DNA of 64,000 bases from an uncultured SAR86 cluster bacterium. GTDB taxonomy: Bacteria > Pseudomonadota > Gammaproteobacteria > Magnimaribacterales > D2472. Positions 19,736 to 26,153 of the stretch are shown in pieces. The translations under genes and the position numbers were made by a program. Position 1 is the first letter of the stretch. Each line of letters starts with the position of its first letter. The notes beneath the pieces are model-generated. The model searched no databases and was not told the origin of the DNA. It saw nothing but the letters and a program-made list of their open reading frames with translations. Location of the stretch: NCBI GenBank assembly GCA_902602185.1, contig CACKPV010000002.1, positions 210,506 through 274,505 on the forward strand. The letters run 5' to 3'.

Positions 19736-20127
19736 TTTAAATAGCTTTCAACTGAATTATCAATATGCACGGCTGCAAGGAGCAAAAAAGCCGCAACTAC
19801 TCCTAAATTCTTAATAAAGTTTTGAGTTTCATGTGCTGTATCAACATCAGGATAAACGTTCCAAAAATCATGCAAATTGAAATTGATAATAAGAACCATA
19901 AGGGCAAAATAAAGGGCACAGAAGAGCACTTGCTTATTTATCAAAATGCAAATGCTACCGATAACTTGAGAAATACCAGCTATTGCCAAGAAAAATGGTA
20001 TCAAAATCATATTATGTGCTGCCATGAGCTCCATATGTGTATCCCAATAGATAAACTTGCCCATACCAGCCATCAAAAAATAAACCCCTAGAAAAATTCT
20101 ACTAGTGTTAATAAATATCTTGCTCAT
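19732..20127 (-). CDS. DoxX family membrane protein
   Basis: 131 aa. RIFLGVYFLMAGMGKF and later TM pattern typical of DoxX. Confidence 0.7.
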   Translation of the reverse strand: MSKIFINTSRIFLGVYFLMAGMGKFIYWDTHMELMAAHNMILIPFFLAIAGISQVIGSICILINKQVLFCALYFALMVLIINFNLHDFWNVYPDVDTAHETQNFIKNLGVVAAFLLLAAVHIDNSVESYLK

Positions 20128-20201
20128 ACTGTATTTTACACCTCAAAAGAAGTGTTAATCAGAATTAAAAATAAATAGAAAAGACTAAAGGTTTTTAGTT
20201 T

Positions 20202-20249
20202 TTACTTTGAGCAGCAAGAACACTGGCAACAATCACAACAATCACACAT
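20202..20249 (-). CDS. Candidate 15-codon Cys-rich mini-ORF (MCDCCDCCQCSCCSK)
   Basis: Own translation. No SD, but a near-consensus promoter ends 7 nt upstream of the ATG. Confidence 0.2.
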   Translation of the reverse strand: MCDCCDCCQCSCCSK

Positions 20250-20256
20250 GGTGAGT

Positions 20257-20284
20257 ATTATATTGATAAAAAAAATTTTTTCAA
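20257..20284 (-). promoter_or_regulatory. Sigma70-like promoter TTGAAA-16 nt-TATAAT
   Basis: Minus strand TTGAAA (20284-20279) and TATAAT (20262-20257). 7 nt to the ATG at 20249. Confidence 0.45.
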
Positions 20285-20292
20285 AAATAGAT

Positions 20293-22029
20293 TTATGCCT
20301 TATTTCTTTGCCTTCTCATCAAAAATACTGCAACCGCTGCAAAAATAATTATGCCTACTATTAAGACCCCACGCCAAATGATTGGTAAATAATTTCTTTT
20401 TATTGTGTTGGCCGTCATTTCTTCAGCCCAGTTATAATCTGCTGGAAGATCAATAACACCGTTCTGTTCAACATATACTTCATAATCCTCAATTAACTCT
20501 TGAAGTTTTTCTGGCATTGCTTCGGCTAGGTTTAATGTTTCACCAGGATCTTTAGATAGGTCAAATAGTTCCCACGTATTGGTGCCGTTTGGTGGTCTAT
20601 TTCTAACTATCTTGAAATCTCCTTTAAACAAAGCAGAGTTACCGGTAACTTCCAAGCCGACTGGTTCTGAATCAGCATACGTTTTTGCTGTTGAGCCAGC
20701 TAAAGCACTCTTTAAAGATTTTCCAATGATCCTTTCGTCTACTGCATCAAAAATGATGTCACTAATAGTTGCTGCAATATCAGTCACAAATGCAAAATTA
20801 TGATTTTTCCCAATGCTTACTCCGGGGCCACTTATAATCAATGGTACTCGCAAACCTCCTTCTGACATATGGAATTTAAATAAATGACTTGGGCTGGCCG
20901 TCGCTTGGGCAAATTCTGTACCTATAAAAACATAACTGTCATGATCCCCTAAAGTCTCATAATCCCGATCATAGATAGTGGTTTCAAACCAGTCTCTCCA
21001 CGCCTGATGATCATAAGGGTCGTTCCCCTCAGGTCCGTTGTCTGCTGTGACAATAAAGATGGTGTTGTCGTATAAACCCTCCTTTTTTAAATACGACATA
21101 AATCGACCGATGTGATAGTCCATTGCATCCAACATGCCTGCGAATACTGCCATGCTTTTAACTAGCATTTTTTTCTCTTCTTCGCCTACTTCTGCCCAAC
21201 TGTCAAACTGTGATAACGAATCAACAATATCTTTATCGGGTGGAAAAATACCCTTGGCAACTGCTTGCTGTTTTCGTTGTTCCCGTAAAATATCCCAGCC
21301 AGCTGTGTATGTAGTCAAATACTTATTGATAAACTCAGGGGGAGCTTGCAACGGAATGTGTTGAGCTTGAAATGACAAATAAGAAAAAAATGGGGTGTCT
21401 TGATCAGAATCTTCTTCCATGAATGCAATCATCTGATCGACAAAATATTCACTTGAATAAAAACCTTCCGGTAACTCTGTTTCTTCACCATTTTTAAACC
21501 ATGGTGACTCAAGATAGTAAGCTAAATATGAATGATGACTGAAATTATTACCACCAGTGGCATCTAAAATAAAGGTTTTATCGAATCCTCGATTGTAAGG
21601 CAGTGCTGCGGTCTCTTGTCCACCAAAACCAAGGTGCCATTTACCAGTCATATAAGTCCGATAACCAGCCGGCTTGAGCATCTCAGCTAACGTTAAAGCA
21701 TCTTCTCTTAAATAACCTTCATAGCCAGGAGTATCTCGGTATTTCCATGGAAGTACCTCAGGAATCATCGGAATCCCAGTATTATGATTATCCATACCAG
21801 TCAACAGCATAGCCCTCGAAGGGGCACACTCCGGAGTGGTGTGATAGTTAGAAAAAATCATCCCTTCTGCTGCTAAAGCATCCATATTGGGGGTGTTAAT
21901 TTCTCCCCCAAAAGCTTGCAAATCTGTCAGCCCAAGGTCATCGATAAGAATTAAAACTATATTTGGTTTGTTGCTAGACTGAACAACCAAAGAGGCTACA
22001 CAAAAGATAATGATACATATCGACCGCAT
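20293..22029 (-). CDS. Arylsulfatase (Cys-type sulfatase) with signal peptide and C-terminal TM anchor
   Basis: 578 aa. Formylglycine site CAPSRAMLLTG; PNIVLILIDDLG. C-terminal hydrophobic stretch VLIVGIIIFAAVAVFL followed by MRRQRNKA. Confidence 0.9.
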   Translation of the reverse strand: MRSICIIIFCVASLVVQSSNKPNIVLILIDDLGLTDLQAFGGEINTPNMDALAAEGMIFSNYHTTPECAPSRAMLLTGMDNHNTGIPMIPEVLPWKYRDTPGYEGYLREDALTLAEMLKPAGYRTYMTGKWHLGFGGQETAALPYNRGFDKTFILDATGGNNFSHHSYLAYYLESPWFKNGEETELPEGFYSSEYFVDQMIAFMEEDSDQDTPFFSYLSFQAQHIPLQAPPEFINKYLTTYTAGWDILREQRKQQAVAKGIFPPDKDIVDSLSQFDSWAEVGEEEKKMLVKSMAVFAGMLDAMDYHIGRFMSYLKKEGLYDNTIFIVTADNGPEGNDPYDHQAWRDWFETTIYDRDYETLGDHDSYVFIGTEFAQATASPSHLFKFHMSEGGLRVPLIISGPGVSIGKNHNFAFVTDIAATISDIIFDAVDERIIGKSLKSALAGSTAKTYADSEPVGLEVTGNSALFKGDFKIVRNRPPNGTNTWELFDLSKDPGETLNLAEAMPEKLQELIEDYEVYVEQNGVIDLPADYNWAEEMTANTIKRNYLPIIWRGVLIVGIIIFAAVAVFLMRRQRNKA

Positions 22030-22034
22030 AATCT

Positions 22035-22373
22035 TTATCCTTCCATTGACTTCTCTTCTGCTTCAAAAAACCATTCCTCTACTTCTGTTGGCACTCTCTC
22101 CCATTCTCCTTCTTTGTTTAAAAATTCCATTTTGTCAAAATCTCTAGTCGTTTCTACTAGCTCTGATTCCGCATTAAAGTTTATAACAGCTTCGTCGTCC
22201 CAGTCCCAACAATCTGCTGCTATTTGGGCTGGTATTTTCCAATCTTCTCCCTCGCCTCCTTGATAGTAGGTTTCTATTTGTTCAGATATATTTTCTTCTT
22301 CATTTTCATAAAAACTTTCCGCATCATGCGTAAAACGAAGTTGCACTTTTCCATTCGGTCCCATTAAATCCAT
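22035..22373 (-). CDS. Hypothetical highly acidic protein
   Basis: 112 aa, Glu/Asp/Trp-rich. Its stop is 5 nt from the sulfatase start. Confidence 0.45.
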   Translation of the reverse strand: MDLMGPNGKVQLRFTHDAESFYENEEENISEQIETYYQGGEGEDWKIPAQIAADCWDWDDEAVINFNAESELVETTRDFDKMEFLNKEGEWERVPTEVEEWFFEAEEKSMEG

Positions 22374-22403
22374 GTCATTTTCTCCTGTGCTTACTAAATT
22401 GCC

Positions 22404-23090
22404 TCATCGCCTTAATAGTATAACTGCCCAACGACCAAGGTTTAAGATGTCGGCTAGTGCAGCTGACACATAGGTGAGAGCTGCTGCCCTCAGAATACGG
22501 CTAACGGCTTTTTCGTTTGCAGGCGATACATAATTTCCTTCTCTCAATAAAGGCAGCGCTTTAGAAAAACTTGCATCAAATTCAATTGGTAAAGTCACAG
22601 CATGAACCATCATGCGAGCAATAAAACCGGACAGCCCTAAAACCAGCAAGAAAGAAAATGGCATTGGGTGCCGAGTAATAATACCGATCACCGGTGACAA
22701 AGAAAGGATAACAGCACTCCAACGGGCCACTTTGTCAACCACCGGAGCCATTTTTGTTCTGGTAGCTAGGCGTTTATCGCCTTGCTGATCCTGAATTGCA
22801 TGTCCAACCTCATGCGCAGCAATAGCAATTGCGGTTAACGATCTAGATTCATAATGCTCTTGCGACAGCCTAACTTTTTTTTCGATTGGATCGTAATGAT
22901 CTCCTAGCTCAGTTACTTCGACCTCTACATCTTTTAAAGAAAATCGCTCAATCAAATGCTTGGCAAGTTCTCCACCAGTGCCAGGGATTTCAGATTGCTC
23001 TGTTGAATATCTCCTCATCACCATCTTCACCCACAAAGATGGCCCAAATATTATTGCTATTACTATGAGCGCACCTGCTGCAAAAATCAT
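22404..23090 (-). CDS. Membrane zinc metallopeptidase (Zn_peptidase_2/YpfJ-like family)
   Basis: 228 aa. HEVGHAIQ zincin motif with flanking TM segments. Confidence 0.75.
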   Translation of the reverse strand: MIFAAGALIVIAIIFGPSLWVKMVMRRYSTEQSEIPGTGGELAKHLIERFSLKDVEVEVTELGDHYDPIEKKVRLSQEHYESRSLTAIAIAAHEVGHAIQDQQGDKRLATRTKMAPVVDKVARWSAVILSLSPVIGIITRHPMPFSFLLVLGLSGFIARMMVHAVTLPIEFDASFSKALPLLREGNYVSPANEKAVSRILRAAALTYVSAALADILNLGRWAVILLRR

Positions 23091-23201
23091 AAATTCTTTT
23101 CCTTACTTTTTCTATAAAGGTAAACGCGAATAAATCAACCTTTGCTCTTTCGAATTCTGCAGAATTAACTTTCTGAAATTGTCTTATAATAAAATCTAAT
23201 C

Positions 23202-23603
23202 ATGGAATCAAAATTGGCATACTTTGTTTTAGCCCTTATTTATTGTTTAATTTTTTGGTTGTTAGGTTTTATCCCTTTAGAGTGGACAAATGAGGTTTGT
23301 AGTTATGGCACAACCAGTCAGAAAGATATCCGTTTGTTACAGGAAGCCGGTGTACCTAAGACTTGTTTTGAACAAATGGATGGTTTTGTCTTTCCAAATT
23401 TATTAAAAATAATTTTTATTTTTTATATCACTTGGATTGTTATTGGTCTAACTGATGATACAAAACCCTTAGGAGATAGAATTATCTCAATTTTTCTATA
23501 TATGCCATTAAATATTGCTTTGTGTTTTTTGGTCTACACCAGTTTTTCTATTCTTTTGCAAGGTATGGGATTTTCTGGCTGGACTTCTTATGGATGGAAT
23601 TGA
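23202..23603 (+). CDS. Hypothetical membrane protein
   Basis: 133 aa, about 4 hydrophobic segments. Confidence 0.45.
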   Translation: MESKLAYFVLALIYCLIFWLLGFIPLEWTNEVCSYGTTSQKDIRLLQEAGVPKTCFEQMDGFVFPNLLKIIFIFYITWIVIGLTDDTKPLGDRIISIFLYMPLNIALCFLVYTSFSILLQGMGFSGWTSYGWN

Positions 23604-23627
23604 TAAAAAAATAATTTTTTCATATTT

Positions 23628-23645
23628 TCATTCGACGGTGACTGA
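23628..23645 (-). repeat. Pseudo-glmS terminus copy R4 (TCA GTC ACC GTC GAA TGA = SVTVE-stop)
   Basis: Read directly. Differs from the real glmS end only at third-codon positions and in the stop codon. Confidence 0.7.
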
Positions 23646-23688
23646 GTTGAACAAAACAGTGATTTAGTTTTTTGTCACTCATTTTTTA

Positions 23689-24093
23689 TCACAGTCCCAT
23701 TTTGTATGTCTTAAATCCTTTATGGCAAATACCAGATACGCCTGAAACCTCTCCAGGTATTTTATAAAAAGTCTTCATACTTGATCTATTAATTGAAAGA
23801 GTTCCAAATCCTGCCATGCTAAATCTTATTGAATCAGGTTTCACTTTGTATCCTGCGCTCTGAATCCTAACTTTTTGCCCATATTTTTTTGAGCGAATCC
23901 AAGTAAAATATGTTTTTGAGTTCAAATCATATTCACTTTTGCCATCAACCCTCATATACCAAGACTCTCTTTCTTTCGGAGGTACAAGAAAAATATAAAA
24001 AATACTGCTGCCCAATTCGCAAGTTAATTTATATTCAAAGTCTGCCTTTAAATTAAATGATAGTAGAGTAAGAGAAATTAAAAAAAATTTCAT
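23689..24093 (-). CDS. Hypothetical secreted protein
   Basis: 134 aa with signal peptide MKFFLISLTLLSFNLKA. Starts 20 nt after pseudo-terminus R3. Confidence 0.5.
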   Translation of the reverse strand: MKFFLISLTLLSFNLKADFEYKLTCELGSSIFYIFLVPPKERESWYMRVDGKSEYDLNSKTYFTWIRSKKYGQKVRIQSAGYKVKPDSIRFSMAGFGTLSINRSSMKTFYKIPGEVSGVSGICHKGFKTYKMGL

Positions 24094-24113
24094 TTTAAAA
24101 TCACTGTTTCCTT

Positions 24114-24131
24114 CTACTCTACCGTAACGGA
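24114..24131 (-). repeat. Pseudo-glmS terminus copy R3 (TCC GTT ACG GTA GAG TAG = SVTVE-stop)
   Basis: Read directly. Embedded in inverted repeat CTACTC-N10-GAGTAG (24114-24135). Confidence 0.75.
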
Positions 24132-24216
24132 GTAGTACGAAATGACTTTCTTATCTCTACTATTTCTGCGGATTTTGAAAGTGTTGAGGTCTGGTTGCAC
24201 ATATTGACAATAGTCT

Positions 24217-24549
24217 TTATAAAGAGTCTTCTCTGCTATTTAGTTTTGCGACACCTTCTCTTATTTCAATAACTGTTGCGATCATACCAAATGTTAATTC
24301 AAGAATGACCCACCAAGCAAAGCCAACAAATAGAGCAAAAAGAACGTATACGTTATCAATATACCTGTCGGTCAAAATATACACTATAGCGAAAACTGTA
24401 ATTATCCCAAGAGTGAAAATGTTTAAGATATATAAAATCTGAATCAGTGATTTAAATCTATCTGCTATGGATTTTATTCCTGGCTTATGTGTGTCTGTGT
24501 CACTTTCTTTTATAAGATCTTCTTCAAATAAGTTTTCAAGATCGCTCAT
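24217..24549 (-). CDS. Hypothetical membrane protein
   Basis: 110 aa, two TM segments. Confidence 0.45.
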   Translation of the reverse strand: MSDLENLFEEDLIKESDTDTHKPGIKSIADRFKSLIQILYILNIFTLGIITVFAIVYILTDRYIDNVYVLFALFVGFAWWVILELTFGMIATVIEIREGVAKLNSREDSL

Positions 24550-24551
24550 AT

Positions 24552-24728
24552 TTATTTAAGTTTTGATGAAAGCAGAAAAATAAAAACTCCAAGTAATATA
24601 TAAGGGATATTAAATATTGAATATAACTCTTGCGTCATGACAAAATCTATAACACCTAAATTATTTAGGATCCAATATATTGCTTGGATGATAAGTATAA
24701 TTCCTGTAATTTGGCCTAACTTTTTCAT
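24552..24728 (-). CDS. Small hypothetical membrane protein (58 aa)
   Basis: Own translation: MKKLGQITGIILIIQAIYWILNNLGVIDFVMTQELYSIFNIPYILLGVFIFLLSSKLK. Its stop is 2 nt from the next ATG. Confidence 0.35.
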   Translation of the reverse strand: MKKLGQITGIILIIQAIYWILNNLGVIDFVMTQELYSIFNIPYILLGVFIFLLSSKLK

Positions 24729-24902
24729 AATATTATTCTGCCATAAGTACTTAAAAATGTCCTATTAATACACACAGAAGATCGCAACAGGTCATATCAA
24801 ACCCTTATGACTACTGCTAACACGAAAAAATAGATGAAAATTTTAGGGTGATTTTTACCAGGGTTAAGTTTTAGTGATTTTTGAAACCCCCGCAGAATGC
24901 GA

Positions 24903-24932
24903 GGTCAAAACCAAAAGTAGTTCGAAACTACT
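24903..24932 (-). terminator. Intrinsic terminator overlapping the stop of pseudo-terminus R2
   Basis: Minus strand AGTAGTT-TCG-AACTACT (perfect 7-bp stem) followed by TTTTGGTTTTG. Confidence 0.55.
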
Positions 24933-24945
24933 CCACCGTCACTGA
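24928..24945 (-). repeat. Pseudo-glmS terminus copy R2 (TCA GTG ACG GTG GAG TAG = SVTVE-stop)
   Basis: Read directly. Inverted repeat CTACTC-N10-GAGTAG (24928-24949). Confidence 0.8.
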
Positions 24946-25019
24946 GTAGATTAAACTGCTTACTTGTTGGTTTATGGAATCTAATTAAAAATTCTATGTG
25001 CCTTTCTTTCATTAAACTT

Positions 25020-25406
25020 CTATGTTGTTTTGCTGAACTTCTTGTGAGTCAATGTAAACAAACATGCTCCAATTATAGTCCATAGAATATCATTCCAATC
25101 GAAGACACCTCTTCCAGGTGTAAAAATTGTAATGAACTCATTGGCAATTAATCCCAATATGGAGATTCCTACTGACCAATAGAGTCGATTTTTAAATAAA
25201 GATGAATTAGTTTTGGATACTTCTGGAATCACCACATATAACAGAGCAGGCAATCCAATTCCTGGCAAGAAATTTGGAGCAACCCCAAGAAGATAAATTA
25301 TTATTTCATTAGCACCATTATAATTTGGTCTTATATAATCCTGGACTATAGAAAAAAGCAAAAAAGAAATAGCAAAAATAATGTAATAAACGAACTTTCT
25401 ATTCAT
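25020..25406 (-). CDS. VanZ-like membrane protein (tentative)
   Basis: 128 aa, 4 TM segments. FDWNDILWTIIGA resembles the VanZ C-terminal motif. Confidence 0.45.
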   Translation of the reverse strand: MNRKFVYYIIFAISFLLFSIVQDYIRPNYNGANEIIIYLLGVAPNFLPGIGLPALLYVVIPEVSKTNSSLFKNRLYWSVGISILGLIANEFITIFTPGRGVFDWNDILWTIIGACLFTLTHKKFSKTT

Positions 25407-25465
25407 TTTTATGTTTTATCACTAATATTTAATATCCACAATCTTGTAAAAGTGGACAGTTCTAT

Positions 25466-25483
25466 CTACTCCACCGTAACTGA
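25466..25483 (-). repeat. Pseudo-glmS terminus copy R1 (TCA GTT ACG GTG GAG TAG = SVTVE-stop)
   Basis: Read directly. 16 of 18 nt identical to the real end. A TAA codon lies immediately 5' of the Ser codon. Confidence 0.8.
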
Positions 25484-25491
25484 TTATATTT
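25480..25491. repeat. 12-bp direct repeat CTGATTATATTT, left copy
   Basis: Exact match to 25947-25958. Overlaps the Ser codon of R1. Confidence 0.7.
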
Positions 25492-25588
25492 GAAATCATT
25501 TTTATAGTTAATCATTTTTTATTTCTTTAAAAGAGTTTAGAAAAAATATATGTATATATTTGTTGTAGCATATGTTTAAATAATATAC

Positions 25589-25912
25589 ATGAAAAATGTA
25601 TTTATAATTTTAGTTAGTTTTGTAGCTTTGTCAGCTTGCGTATCAAACGATACAGTCCAAACTGTTGATATTAGAGACTTTGATTTAAATTGTGATCAAT
25701 TGAAATATGAGTTGACACAACTAGGAGTTAAGTTTGAAGAGGCTGAGGATGACTCTGGGCTAACTGGCAAAAATGTTGCTTTAGGTATTTTCTTTTGGCC
25801 TGGAATAATTGTTAATGAAAGACAAGCCGGTAGAAATGAGGATTCAATAAATAAGAGAATTGAACATCTAAATAAACTCTATGTTGATAAGTGTGTCGGT
25901 CAAAACAATTAA
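25589..25912 (+). CDS. Hypothetical lipoprotein
   Basis: 107 aa. Lipobox VALSAC. Confidence 0.5.
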   Translation: MKNVFIILVSFVALSACVSNDTVQTVDIRDFDLNCDQLKYELTQLGVKFEEAEDDSGLTGKNVALGIFFWPGIIVNERQAGRNEDSINKRIEHLNKLYVDKCVGQNN

Positions 25913-25932
25913 CTGATACATAATTTAGAAAT

Positions 25933-25950
25933 TTATTTTAAAGTAGCTGA
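25933..25950 (-). repeat. Decayed pseudo-glmS terminus copy (TCA GCT ACT TTA AAA TAA = SATLK-stop)
   Basis: Same length, register and orientation. Followed by the same TTATATTT flank as R1. Confidence 0.4.
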
Positions 25951-25958
25951 TTATATTT
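25947..25958. repeat. 12-bp direct repeat CTGATTATATTT, right copy
   Basis: Exact match to 25480-25491. Confidence 0.7.
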
Positions 25959-26090
25959 AAAGAGGTTTGACATAACTTCTTATAAATTTCTTTATGGTTC
26001 TAGTTGACGTTCTCAATATTCCTTATCAACTCTTATAAGTTCTCATAAAACAAAAAATCGTTAATTGTTTTAAGGGTAAGTTTTTATGGT

Positions 26091-26118
26091 TAAAAATTAA
26101 GAGGATTCATCAGAACCC
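26091..26118 (-). terminator. Possible glmS terminator
   Basis: Minus strand GGGTTC-TGAT-GAATCC (6 bp, one G-U pair) followed by TCTTAATTTTT. Lies 36 nt after the glmS stop. Confidence 0.4.
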
Positions 26119-26153
26119 CACAGAGTCAGTAGTTTATGAAAGTGATTTCAAAT

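Noticed and set aside
25432-25440. DnaA-box-like ATATCCACA upstream of the VanZ-like ORF
   Set aside because: It is a single 8-of-9 match in AT-rich DNA, far from other boxes, so it is expected by chance.
26116-26122. TGTGGGG on the minus strand 32 nt after the glmS stop, reminiscent of a Tn7 right-end terminus (TGTGGG..) at roughly the attTn7 insertion distance
   Set aside because: No repeated TnsB-type binding sites could be convincingly defined, no matching left end was found and there are no tns genes. The G-run also serves as the stem of the putative glmS terminator.
23658-26148. Recurring octamer AGTGATTT near several pseudo-termini (26141, 24873, 23658, and reverse at 24098)
   Set aside because: For this base composition, several occurrences per 64 kb are expected by chance, and its position relative to the cores is inconsistent.
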